Shown piece after piece: positions 48,809-58,053 of a stretch of DNA of 64,000 nt. A program made the position numbers and the translations under genes. Source of the stretch: a phage. How positions within the stretch are numbered: the stretch's first letter is position 1; each line of letters opens with the position of its first letter. The notes under the pieces were generated by a model. That model did no database searches. It saw only the letters and a program-made list of their open reading frames with translations, and was not told where the DNA came from. The stretch lies in the NCBI GenBank assembly GCA_011911785.1, contig GCA_011911785.1_4084.1; one strand, given 5' to 3'.

Positions 48809-49369
48809 ATGGTACAATCACGTTTTAGACCACCGCTGTCACCAGCACAGTTACAACGTTTAAAAGAAAAAGAGCAGCACTTTCAGAATACCCTAGTAGT
48901 TCGTTTGCTATGCAAAAGTGTAACTCTTAAAGATTTTGTGAAAACCGATAATGAACGTAAATCACTTATCGAACTTAAGTACAAGTTAAGTAAGCATAAA
49001 CTATATGGATTACTAGCAGAATACACCCAAAATCCATTCAGTGATCGTTGGTCTATGGTTCAAAAAAAACTGTGGGGTGGTGATGAAGAATTCACACTAC
49101 GTGATTTAAAAAATGCAATCATGTTTAAGGTCGATTATACACCAGCAGGGATTGAACACAGAACCGAAGAAACTATCATTCAATCAAGAGATTTATCATG
49201 TGTTGTTTCTTCAAACTTCGGTGTTCATTATGATATGCTTGATGACGATGAGTTAATGATCCTGTTCCATGTGATTATTGGTGCTGAAGATATTAAAGAA
49301 AAGTTATCACAAATTGAAGAAGAACAGCGTAAATTCAAAATCCAAAAGAGAATAACTGATTTATATTAA
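48809..49369 (+). CDS. hypothetical protein, tandem paralog family member 1
   Basis: Shares DNERKSLIELKYKLSKHKL and LFHVIIGAEDIKEKLSQIEEEQRKFK with the next two ORFs. Confidence 0.45.
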   Translation: MVQSRFRPPLSPAQLQRLKEKEQHFQNTLVVRLLCKSVTLKDFVKTDNERKSLIELKYKLSKHKLYGLLAEYTQNPFSDRWSMVQKKLWGGDEEFTLRDLKNAIMFKVDYTPAGIEHRTEETIIQSRDLSCVVSSNFGVHYDMLDDDELMILFHVIIGAEDIKEKLSQIEEEQRKFKIQKRITDLY

Positions 49370-49378
49370 GAGGTTACT

Positions 49379-49879
49379 ATGTTTTTCAAAAAGAAAAATA
49401 ATGATCACAAAAGAGAAAATGTAGAGTGGTGTACATTAATTCTTCCAGTACTGATGAAAAGCTATTCTTTAAAAGAAATTATCCGTACTGATGAAGATCG
49501 TAGAACTATACTTAAAATTAAAGAAATGTTAAGTTCTCATTCTCTAATGAAACTAATCACAGACCTAGTTAAAGAACCATACGGTGAACGTTGGTTATAT
49601 GAACCAGTATTCATATATGGTAATCATATCAACCGTGTAAAATTGTTTGATACCGAAACTAAGGTTGATTTTAATGCAGTAACATATTCATCTAAAGATT
49701 ATGATGAAAAACATACATTTGTTTATATTAACGGAGATGCGAATATTCTACCTAAACATGAACAAATGTTTTTGTTTCATTTACTCGTTGCACTTCGTGA
49801 GCTTGAAACAAAGTACAAGAAGTTAGAATACGAGCAGCATAAACTTAATGAATTTAATAAATTAAAAGGATTATACTAA
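49379..49879 (+). CDS. hypothetical protein, tandem paralog family member 2
   Basis: DEDRRTILKIKEMLSSHSL and LFHLLVALRELETKYKKLEYEQHKL. Confidence 0.45.
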   Translation: MFFKKKNNDHKRENVEWCTLILPVLMKSYSLKEIIRTDEDRRTILKIKEMLSSHSLMKLITDLVKEPYGERWLYEPVFIYGNHINRVKLFDTETKVDFNAVTYSSKDYDEKHTFVYINGDANILPKHEQMFLFHLLVALRELETKYKKLEYEQHKLNEFNKLKGLY

Positions 49880-50385
49880 TGTTCTTCGGTAAACATAAAG
49901 TAAAAGATGATGGTATTCTTCAGTACTTAGTTGCGTTGATTTTAAACAAAAGTACTTTATTAGTACCTAATATTAAATCAGACAAAGATCGCAGAGAAAT
50001 TATTCAAAACAAATATCTTCTTTCAAAATGTGATCCTGTTATCTATGCATTTTGTAAGTACTGTTCAAAAAACTTGTTCAGTATTCATGTAGATTTTGAA
50101 AGACAAGAAAGCAGCACACGAAATTCTTGTTTTAAAGTGTATATGATTAATGATTTAAATCGTGGGAATCGAGGGTTCATGTTCTGGATGGACGGACGTG
50201 ATATACGTGTGCGTATTAAAATGTCAGTTGGGTGGAAGGATTTTTCAACTTCTGTATCTGATTTTCTTGTACTTCACGCACTATATAACAGTATTACTAA
50301 CGTGAAAGATATCGACAAGAAAATTCAGGAACAAAAAGAATTGGATGATGCAAAGAACGAATACTTACAACATTACAGGAGTTAA
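49879..50385 (+). CDS. hypothetical protein, tandem paralog family member 3
   Basis: DKDRREIIQNKYLLSKCD and LVLHALYNSITNVKDIDKKIQEQKEL. Confidence 0.45.
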   Translation: MFFGKHKVKDDGILQYLVALILNKSTLLVPNIKSDKDRREIIQNKYLLSKCDPVIYAFCKYCSKNLFSIHVDFERQESSTRNSCFKVYMINDLNRGNRGFMFWMDGRDIRVRIKMSVGWKDFSTSVSDFLVLHALYNSITNVKDIDKKIQEQKELDDAKNEYLQHYRS

Positions 50386-50388
50386 TAT

Positions 50389-50790
50389 ATGGATCTTGAT
50401 GATGTGTATAGCACCATAAGACAGATGGATTCGTATAAAAAAGTATATAGTGGTTACAAGAGTGATAAACAATTTTATGGAATCGGGGAGTATGATGTAA
50501 TATCATTCGAATACGATGATACTGGTGAAAGTTCCATTAATATTGTTTGTCCTCGTGACCGTGAAAATAACTTCATGTACGTTGAAATCAATAATGATGG
50601 TTTACACTTTACTAAAATATTAAATGGTGGCAAACAATCTATTTCTCTGGATTTATCCGAAGAAGAAAAGTTCTTTCAAGAAGATACTATAATCAATCTA
50701 GGTTTTAGTTTATCAGAATACAAAGTTCTTCATAAAGATTTCATGAAGTACTATAATGGGTTTCTTAAGGAGCTAACATTACATCTATGA
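50389..50790 (+). CDS. hypothetical protein
   Basis: 133-aa ORF. Confidence 0.4.
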   Translation: MDLDDVYSTIRQMDSYKKVYSGYKSDKQFYGIGEYDVISFEYDDTGESSINIVCPRDRENNFMYVEINNDGLHFTKILNGGKQSISLDLSEEEKFFQEDTIINLGFSLSEYKVLHKDFMKYYNGFLKELTLHL

Positions 50791-53066
50791 ATAATAACAA
50801 ATTTCTTGAACAAACAATTGTGAAGCACTTAGCAGGTTCACAAGCGTATGGAACCAGTACACCTGAAAGTGATACGGATTATCGTGGTATTTTTCTTGCT
50901 AACAAAGAATTTATCCTTACACCTTTTTATAATGTCAAGGAAGTTTCTGATAAAAAAGAAGAAGATACTAAATTCTATGAACTAAATCAGTACTTAAGAC
51001 TATACACAGAGGCTAACCCAAATATCCTTGAATCACTATGGGTTGATCCTGAACACATCGTAGAAAGTACTGAAATCTATGATTATCTACGTACATTCAA
51101 TCAACAATTACTTAGTTCTAAGATTGCATTCTCTTATACCGGTTATGCATATAATCAGGTTAAACGTATGTCCAATCACCACGGGTGGATGGATAAAGAG
51201 CGTATTGCTGAAAAACGTCTAAATGAAATCTTAGAAGATTTTCCAGTAGATGAAACTTTAGCATGGATGTATGAAAACTTCCCACACTATTTGGTAGAAC
51301 GTTTAGATACTTCTAAACTACATCCATTTAATGCTAAGAAAATAGATTTTGAAAAATACATGCGTGATACTTCATTGCAGTTAGTTTCGACTCATCCGTT
51401 GAAACAGTATCATTTTGTACGTTTAGTACATAATTACAGTACTGATAAAGTACTAGACCGTGATTTCAACTTATTGGATTATAACAATGGGTACGAATTA
51501 ATTCATTACGGTGAAAATATCTTTGGTGTTATTATCAATCCTAATGAAAGTACAATTAACGCTGATGGTTCTTTACGTTATTTCAACAAAGAACGCAGTA
51601 CTGAAGAATTGAAAGTACGACCTGAACTCATTGTCAAATTCAATGAAAAAGAATACAGTGAGAACAGTGAGAACCGTAAAAGTTATCACAAATGGAAAGA
51701 GAATCGTAATGCTAAACGTGCAATTCTTGAATCCAAACACGGCTATGACTGTTATAGTTTTGATACTGAATTCTTAACTAAAGATGGTTGGAAATTGTTT
51801 GATGATATCACTGAAAATGATCTATTAGCAACATTTGATAAAAATCACAAAATAGAATATCAGAAATATACTGAACGTTTTGATAATTTATATAATGGCA
51901 ACCTATATCACTTCACTGGTTATCACCAAGATACTTTAGTGACTGCTAACCATCGAATGTATGTTAAGGATTATGCACGTAATCAGAAAAAAGATATGTC
52001 TGATTGGAAATTTGTGGAAGCTGCACAATTAAAAGAAACATATAAAATTTTGAATACATTATCCCCAATAACAAACGAATACCAAGATAAAAAAAGTCCA
52101 TTTGACTACATGGATATCAAAGTTTATCTTCAACTTATGGGATGGTTTATTTCAGATGGTAGTATAAGTTTCAGAGATGGTAAAGTAAAATCATTATATA
52201 TTTCCCAATCAAAAGCAAGTCCAGGTATGCGTTGTGCTTTAACAAAATACAAACAATCTGGTCAATTGGTTTTCCATGAATACATTGTAGAAAAGAAAGA
52301 TTATCAAGCGAATGATGAATCAAGATTTACATTCCCACGTGAAGTGGCTGAAGCATTATATAATGATTGTGGACATGGTTCATATAATAAACGAATTCCA
52401 AATTGGGTATTTGATTTAACAAAACGCAAAATGGATTTTCTACTGAAAGGTTTGTTACAAGGTGATGGTACAAAACGCAATTTAGTTAATGATAATGATA
52501 CATATGTATATTATACTGCGAATTCATTATTAGCAGATGATGTTCAAAAACTAGCATTACTGTGCGGGTATGAAACATCAAAATGGGGGCCGTACACAAA
52601 CGAGACTAATTTTGGACGTGTTGATATGTATCAAATTCATATCAACATGAAACCGAAATCCGAAAAAATGAACATGAAACAAAATCTTGAAAAAATTCCA
52701 GTTACTAATTACAGAACTGTTTGTTTTTCTGTTCCCAACGGCACACTCGTTACTCGTAGAAATGGTAAAATAGCATTACATGGAAACTGCAAACATGCTA
52801 TGCATACGATCAGACTTTTGAATACAGCCGAAGAAGCATTACAAAGCGGTATTATCCTCGTGAAACGTCCTGATGCTGATATGCTAATGGATATTCGCAA
52901 CGGTAAATGGAAATATGAAGAAGTCATGGATTATTTCAATGAAAAGGTTGACTATATTCGTAATGTAGTGTATCCTAAGTCAGTACTACCAAAGAAACCA
53001 GATATTGCATTAGCAGCGAAAGTACTTTTAGATATTCGTGAAATGCAATGGTATAGTTCAAAATAA
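50787..53066 (+). CDS. Pol-beta-superfamily nucleotidyltransferase-domain protein interrupted by a putative intein
   Basis: N-terminal NTase signature GS-x10-DTD (HLAGSQAYGTSTPESDTDYRG); central ~346-aa insertion with intein-like blocks. Confidence 0.55.
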   Translation: MNNNKFLEQTIVKHLAGSQAYGTSTPESDTDYRGIFLANKEFILTPFYNVKEVSDKKEEDTKFYELNQYLRLYTEANPNILESLWVDPEHIVESTEIYDYLRTFNQQLLSSKIAFSYTGYAYNQVKRMSNHHGWMDKERIAEKRLNEILEDFPVDETLAWMYENFPHYLVERLDTSKLHPFNAKKIDFEKYMRDTSLQLVSTHPLKQYHFVRLVHNYSTDKVLDRDFNLLDYNNGYELIHYGENIFGVIINPNESTINADGSLRYFNKERSTEELKVRPELIVKFNEKEYSENSENRKSYHKWKENRNAKRAILESKHGYDCYSFDTEFLTKDGWKLFDDITENDLLATFDKNHKIEYQKYTERFDNLYNGNLYHFTGYHQDTLVTANHRMYVKDYARNQKKDMSDWKFVEAAQLKETYKILNTLSPITNEYQDKKSPFDYMDIKVYLQLMGWFISDGSISFRDGKVKSLYISQSKASPGMRCALTKYKQSGQLVFHEYIVEKKDYQANDESRFTFPREVAEALYNDCGHGSYNKRIPNWVFDLTKRKMDFLLKGLLQGDGTKRNLVNDNDTYVYYTANSLLADDVQKLALLCGYETSKWGPYTNETNFGRVDMYQIHINMKPKSEKMNMKQNLEKIPVTNYRTVCFSVPNGTLVTRRNGKIALHGNCKHAMHTIRLLNTAEEALQSGIILVKRPDADMLMDIRNGKWKYEEVMDYFNEKVDYIRNVVYPKSVLPKKPDIALAAKVLLDIREMQWYSSK
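51750..52787 (+). mobile_element. putative intein with LAGLIDADG-type homing endonuclease domain
   Basis: Block A CYSFDTEFLT, block B TANH, two LAGLIDADG-like motifs (LMGWFISDGSIS, LLKGLLQGDGTK), C-terminal NGKIALHGN followed by Cys; in frame with the host ORF. Confidence 0.5.
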
Positions 53067-53078
53067 GAGGATATTGAT

Positions 53079-53504
53079 ATGCTGAATTCAAACATTGTTG
53101 AAGCTCTTCGTGTACTGAACCGTGAAGTTAGCCGTATCCATAAAAGTACTGATCGTTATAAAGTAATGCATGAAATTAAACTAGAATTAGAAGCTATCAA
53201 TAAGGGTGAATGGTTCCTTGAACCAGAATACCGTACACGTGGACCAACTGACGTTGAGAAAGCAATTGCAAAATTCATTTCTGGACGTTATGGTGATGTA
53301 TCAGAGGCAGATGTACTGATGAATTTACATTTAACCTCCTTAGAAATTGAAGATAAATTCAAATTTGATTCACTGGACTGGGTAGAAATGATCATGGAAC
53401 TTGAAGATGAATTTAAGGTTGAGATCGAAGATAAGTATGAATCAGGTGATACCAGAATCGTGCATCTCGTTGAACATGTACAAACAATGATCGATAAACG
53501 CTAA
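53079..53504 (+). CDS. hypothetical acidic protein
   Basis: 141-aa ORF. Confidence 0.4.
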   Translation: MLNSNIVEALRVLNREVSRIHKSTDRYKVMHEIKLELEAINKGEWFLEPEYRTRGPTDVEKAIAKFISGRYGDVSEADVLMNLHLTSLEIEDKFKFDSLDWVEMIMELEDEFKVEIEDKYESGDTRIVHLVEHVQTMIDKR

Positions 53505-53549
53505 TTTTAAGCACTCTAAATAATATCATCATCTATAGGAGATATTATT

Positions 53550-53924
53550 ATGAGTGTACTAGATATTATTGTTTCAAAAGTACTGATACCGTTCTGGAAA
53601 CCAATTGCGTTTGTTCTCCTGATGGCATCATGTACTTTTGGAGGCTGGAAGGCTAATACTTTTTATACTGGGTATAAAGAAAGTATTGAATTAAAAATAG
53701 AGAAGAAAGTAGATGCGGCTTTAAGTAAAATTGAAAGCCAAAATACTAAAAACTATGTAGAAACTAAACAGATAATGCAAAATAATGCAAAGGTAATAGA
53801 AACTAAAGTACCAGTTATTATTGAGCGTGAAGTGTATAGAAATGTATGTTTAGATGAAGAAGGGGTAAAACTTTTGAATGATCTAAAACAAAATTCACTT
53901 GCAGCTAGAGAGAAATTTAAATGA
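53550..53924 (+). CDS. putative i-spanin (Rz-like)
   Basis: Single N-terminal TM helix then charged periplasmic region; overlaps the downstream lipoprotein gene. Confidence 0.45.
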   Translation: MSVLDIIVSKVLIPFWKPIAFVLLMASCTFGGWKANTFYTGYKESIELKIEKKVDAALSKIESQNTKNYVETKQIMQNNAKVIETKVPVIIEREVYRNVCLDEEGVKLLNDLKQNSLAAREKFK

Positions 53925-54235
53925 AATACATATTAACATTCTTGATTACTTTTATGCTTATCACTGGGTGTTCTAATAAGGTTCCAGTTCAAGCGTCACC
54001 AATAATCACCCAGGAAATATTATTAGAACGATGCGAAGAAGATACACCAATTCCTAAAAAAATTGTTGTTGACTCACATGGTAATAGAGGATATGCTGGT
54101 GATGAAATTCTTAACGTTCTGACGCGTTGGGATTCCATGTACAATGAATGTGCACTGAGATATGATGCACTAATTGATACAATTCGCAAACTCCAAGACC
54201 AAAATATTCGTGTTAACATAAAAGTTAAGGAATAG
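53921..54235 (+). CDS. putative o-spanin (Rz1-like lipoprotein)
   Basis: Signal peptide with lipobox LITGC; ATGA overlap with the upstream TM protein gene. Confidence 0.5.
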   Translation: MKYILTFLITFMLITGCSNKVPVQASPIITQEILLERCEEDTPIPKKIVVDSHGNRGYAGDEILNVLTRWDSMYNECALRYDALIDTIRKLQDQNIRVNIKVKE

Positions 54236-54236
54236 T

Positions 54237-54848
54237 ATGTCTAAATATCATGTTTATTATGTAACCAAATTGAGTTTACTAGATGAACTCAATCATACTA
54301 GTACCAAAATGAAACGTTATACTTATAATGGTATTACTTTCAGATACTTTCCACAAAAAGTACTAACATTCGTTAAGAATTGTAAGTGCGTTGCTTGTGG
54401 CATCGAGGCTACAGAAGTTCGAATCGAACGTTCCAACTGTAGTGATCCGGTATATGGTAAACCGCATTTAAATGTGTATGCAGTATGTGGTCTTTATGAA
54501 GTTATGATGACTGTAGATCATAATCATCTTGCATCTAAAGGTGGTGCTGATTTGGAGTCAAACTTTAATACAATGTGTGCGAGATGTAATCAGTTGCGTT
54601 CAAATAAAACTGAAACGGTTGATGAATTCCTTGAGAAAGTCAAAAACCGAAATCTACTTGAAGAACATATGAATCGTTATTTCAATAAGATTGAGAAGGA
54701 AAGTAAACGTCCTACACCAGAAATGCTCGAAGAACGTAGATTGCGTCAAGAGCTATGGGATAACGATCATCTGTGGCATGTTCGTGAGTACGGGCGACAC
54801 ATGAAAGCATTAAAAAAGGCACAAAAGCTGTTGGATAAACATGAGTAA
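54237..54848 (+). CDS. HNH homing endonuclease
   Basis: HNH core VDHNHLASKGGADLESNFNTMCARCNQLRSN with upstream Cys pairs. Confidence 0.7.
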   Translation: MSKYHVYYVTKLSLLDELNHTSTKMKRYTYNGITFRYFPQKVLTFVKNCKCVACGIEATEVRIERSNCSDPVYGKPHLNVYAVCGLYEVMMTVDHNHLASKGGADLESNFNTMCARCNQLRSNKTETVDEFLEKVKNRNLLEEHMNRYFNKIEKESKRPTPEMLEERRLRQELWDNDHLWHVREYGRHMKALKKAQKLLDKHE

Positions 54849-54860
54849 TATCTTATAATA

Positions 54861-54888
54861 GGGACTTGAGAAATCAAGTCCTTTTTTA
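54861..54888 (+). terminator. rho-independent terminator
   Basis: Hairpin ggacttga-gaaa-tcaagtcc followed by tttttt. Confidence 0.65.
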
Positions 54889-54901
54889 ATGGAGAAAATA
54901 A

Positions 54902-55258
54902 ATGAAATCAAAAATCTTTTTACCACAGTTAATGTGGCATCTTGCAGAGTTAGATGAAGATGATGTGTATACTGACTATGGTACATGGGATGACAGTACT
55001 GAAACCTTTGGTCCAGATGTGCAGTACAAAATCATTTACAATGAAAGTAAAGGGCATAGACGATTTACTGAAGAATTTGATCTTGTTTTTCTTGACATGA
55101 ACGAGAACAAGTATTATCATTGTACGTATGAACGAGGTTTAACAGAATATCGACCACAACGACCATTCGAGTATGAAACGGATGGTGTTAAGTGCAATGA
55201 AGTTTCTGTTACCAGAGAAGAAATTATCACTTATAGAACTTTGTGGAAATATGTGTAA
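54902..55258 (+). CDS. hypothetical protein
   Basis: 118-aa ORF. Confidence 0.4.
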   Translation: MKSKIFLPQLMWHLAELDEDDVYTDYGTWDDSTETFGPDVQYKIIYNESKGHRRFTEEFDLVFLDMNENKYYHCTYERGLTEYRPQRPFEYETDGVKCNEVSVTREEIITYRTLWKYV

Positions 55259-55656
55259 TGCTTAAAGATTTAGATTTTTCAAACTTAGAAATTGTTAGTG
55301 CTGTGAAAAATATCTCTGACATGGGAGACGAAAAGACAGTACTGTTAACTATTACATTTGTCAAAGAAGAAGATAGTTATTTACATCTTACAGGTATTGA
55401 AGAACTAATTCATAAAACTAATCTACAAGATAATGGGAAGTTTATTAAGCTTCAGGCTTCCTATACGAAAAAAACGTCAAATTTTGTAGACCTAAATAGT
55501 GTAGTCAAGGTGGTATTCAATCACCCTGAACAAAAGTACAGAAATGTGTCACGTAATGAGACAGATGCCAGTACTCTACAGCTTCTTCAGGATATTGAGT
55601 TCATTGAAACAGTATTTGAACGAAGCAGCAAAGAATTGAAAAAAGTTTATATGTAA
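55258..55656 (+). CDS. hypothetical protein
   Basis: Start set to ATG 55258 (TAATG overlap); the track start at 55243 is a GTG. Confidence 0.4.
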   Translation: MLKDLDFSNLEIVSAVKNISDMGDEKTVLLTITFVKEEDSYLHLTGIEELIHKTNLQDNGKFIKLQASYTKKTSNFVDLNSVVKVVFNHPEQKYRNVSRNETDASTLQLLQDIEFIETVFERSSKELKKVYM

Positions 55657-55657
55657 T

Positions 55658-55686
55658 TGGGACAATACTTTATATTGTGCTATAAT
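55658..55686 (+). promoter_or_regulatory. candidate promoter with extended -10 (TGcTATAAT)
   Basis: tgctataat at 55678..55686 with a weak -35 (TGGGAC); points into the ORF-free region. Confidence 0.35.
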
Positions 55687-56232
55687 TATATTGTAATGGA
55701 AAATGTCAGTGGACGTTTTAACAACGGACAAGAAGAACCTACTTCTCTTGAAAATGTAAAGGATAGATGAGCCTTCCCACTGAGGCGATGAGCAAAAGAA
55801 ACCCGTTAGTACCATCCAAGTGCATTCATACAAACGCGAAATAAGACACGGATCACACGGCGACACGGCTCAATAAAGAACTCCGATAAGCATACAGAGA
55901 GTTCCTCGATAGATGTATAAGGATCGCACCTTACCAGATTTGCTAAGGGAGTTTTACTTAAAACCAGCGGTCAATTTTTCTACGGGAAAGTTGCACCCAA
56001 AATTTGAGTAAAACGAGTACTGAATTGATCGAATAGTTCCAGTACTTTAGTGCAGGGGATGAAAATACCTGCGACCGTTGCATATGACTGCGATAGAGAG
56101 AAACAGAGCAACCCGCTTTCGTTCTCCAAAAATTGGACACCCTTGATCCGTCCAAAATATGGAGAAATTCGCAATTCGATAAATTCCGATGCCATCAGCG
56201 TCAAAATCAAGAACCTTCATTGGTTCTTTTTT
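55687..56232 (+). ncRNA. candidate non-coding RNA locus (ORF-free, GC-elevated, highly structured)
   Basis: About 0.7 kb without a credible ORF on either strand, visibly more GC-rich than flanks, with multiple stem-loops and a repeated gggatgaaaat word; bracketed by a promoter-like element and a terminator at 56210..56232. Confidence 0.25.
56210..56232 (+). terminator. rho-independent terminator
   Basis: Hairpin agaacc-ttcatt-ggttct followed by ttttt. Confidence 0.5.
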
Positions 56233-56376
56233 AATATCATTCCCCTGCGGGGGGATGAAAATGTCCTCAACAAATCCCGTCAATCTTTAAAAGTACAATA
56301 TAATATTAATTAACATGAATGAGTGAGTTATCGTAGATAACGAAACGAATTCTTGAGTTACGAGAGAACGAAGTGA

Positions 56377-56793
56377 ATGAGTAACGCAACGAATATTAAA
56401 AATTCATCTGATTTAACCAAAGAATTGTTTAAAAAGTTTTTTGAGTATCAAATCAATGAAGAGCACGGAATTAAACAGAATTACATAAGTACAATAAAAA
56501 CCAATAATATCCGTACTGAAATCTATGATAGTGTAATCGAATTTATTAATGCTTTGAGTACTGAAAGACCTATAGTAGTTTTGTTTTTTAAACGAGATTA
56601 TCCAGTACAAGTCAACAGGAATGTTCATTTCATTACAGAAAATGATTTAAGTACTTACACAACGAGTTCTATTAGGAATTGTATACTGATAGTATGTGAT
56701 GACTCCGAGTATTTTAGTAAAGTTGTATGGGATAGAAGACGTAATTCAGTAATAAGAGATATGAATCCCGAATTTACATTTCTGATCAAATAA
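56377..56793 (+). CDS. hypothetical protein
   Basis: 138-aa ORF. Confidence 0.4.
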   Translation: MSNATNIKNSSDLTKELFKKFFEYQINEEHGIKQNYISTIKTNNIRTEIYDSVIEFINALSTERPIVVLFFKRDYPVQVNRNVHFITENDLSTYTTSSIRNCILIVCDDSEYFSKVVWDRRRNSVIRDMNPEFTFLIK

Positions 56794-56804
56794 ATAGACA
56801 TAGA

Positions 56805-57266
56805 ATGACTCCCTGGAGAGATTTTATGGAAAATATTAACGACTTGCGACATGTTATGGACTTCATTGGCTGTACTGAAGAAGACAGTGCTTATGATGAA
56901 GTACTATTGACATTTATTGAAAACAGCATTATACTACCAGCAATTGCACATAGCTGGCATTTACAAAGTAAACACTACACAAAACATCTACAATTAGATG
57001 AGTTGTATAAAGAGTTACCAGAATATGTCGATGCGTTCATTGAAGGCATTATGAACACTCGTGGTGCTTTACAAATTGGTACTGGACACAGTTATAAGTT
57101 CACACCAATTGAACAGTGTATTCCTATTCTTGAAGAATACTGTGAACAATGTAAGTACGTTCATGCTATGCTTGAAGAAGCTGAAGACTATGGCAGTACT
57201 AATACCCTTGAAGATATAATGAGTTTCATTGAGGGTACTTTATATAAACTTAAGTATCTTGAATAA
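56805..57266 (+). CDS. hypothetical protein
   Basis: 153-aa ORF. Confidence 0.4.
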   Translation: MTPWRDFMENINDLRHVMDFIGCTEEDSAYDEVLLTFIENSIILPAIAHSWHLQSKHYTKHLQLDELYKELPEYVDAFIEGIMNTRGALQIGTGHSYKFTPIEQCIPILEEYCEQCKYVHAMLEEAEDYGSTNTLEDIMSFIEGTLYKLKYLE

Positions 57267-57275
57267 TATAAACAT

Positions 57276-57305
57276 GGAGAGTCATTTTGACTCTCCTTTT
57301 CTTTT
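57276..57305 (+). terminator. rho-independent terminator
   Basis: Hairpin ggagagtc-atttt-gactctcc followed by a T-tract. Confidence 0.65.
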
Positions 57306-57320
57306 ACTATAAAAAAGAGG

Positions 57321-57680
57321 TTGACTATGAGTGATTATCGCATAACAGCAGGTCTTATTGCACGTTTAGTAGATCCAGTACCACGAGAAGATTGGGAATC
57401 TATCACTGACCGTCTGTTTCAAGCAGATGTAAACCTTCATATTTCTTATGATGGTATGCTAGTGTATAGTACTGATAAAGATGTTACAATGTACGAGTTT
57501 GATATTCTCATTGGAGAACCAAGTGACAGTACAGAATTCAGTACTAAATGTGAACGAGAAGGTCTTTGCATTGATACTTCTTCTATTAAGCCTTATGTAT
57601 CTTTATGGTATGATGGTGCTGATAGTCCAATGTCAACTACTGAAATCGGTGATTTCCTGAATGCAAATCAAAAAAATTAA
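57321..57680 (+). CDS. hypothetical protein
   Basis: 119-aa ORF. Confidence 0.4.
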   Translation: MTMSDYRITAGLIARLVDPVPREDWESITDRLFQADVNLHISYDGMLVYSTDKDVTMYEFDILIGEPSDSTEFSTKCEREGLCIDTSSIKPYVSLWYDGADSPMSTTEIGDFLNANQKN

Positions 57681-58053
57681 ATTCCATCAGCATTGCTCAA
57701 TTCATGAATGTGATGACTGTGGTATGTGTATGAGTGATATTTTTACAGTTTCCTGTAAAGGATTCAAATTCACACATGGTGAACCTGCGTATTGTTATGG
57801 TACTGAAGAAGGTGATATTGAAGTAGTACTGAAAGAGTTGTTCCAGTACTTGCAAAGTGCAGGGCATGATGTTACAATGCCCACATATTATGAAGATGAA
57901 TATGACACTCATGTGGAAGAAAACATTTACTATAATCAATTCGTTTATGGTAATGGTTTTATCACATACCTTCACGAGAATGGTATTGAGGTAAAAACTA
58001 AGTACACAAGTGACGATTATGATGATGATAATTCTATGGAGATTGAAGATTGA
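57661..58053 (+). CDS. hypothetical Cys-rich acidic protein
   Basis: 130-aa ORF with CSIHECDDCGMC at the N-terminus. Confidence 0.4.
   Translation: MQIKKIKFHQHCSIHECDDCGMCMSDIFTVSCKGFKFTHGEPAYCYGTEEGDIEVVLKELFQYLQSAGHDVTMPTYYEDEYDTHVEENIYYNQFVYGNGFITYLHENGIEVKTKYTSDDYDDDNSMEIED

Noticed and set aside
55958-56313. Short ORFs on both strands within the GC-elevated region
   Set aside because: None has an RBS or recognisable motif; elevated GC inflates random ORF length. Region treated as a candidate non-coding locus instead.
55657-56376. Group I intron splitting a gene between ORFs 55258..55656 and 56377..56793
   Set aside because: I could not find a P7-type core (GACUA / UAGUC pairing), and the flanking ORFs each have their own start and stop and do not read as halves of one protein. 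Left open as a general ncRNA candidate.
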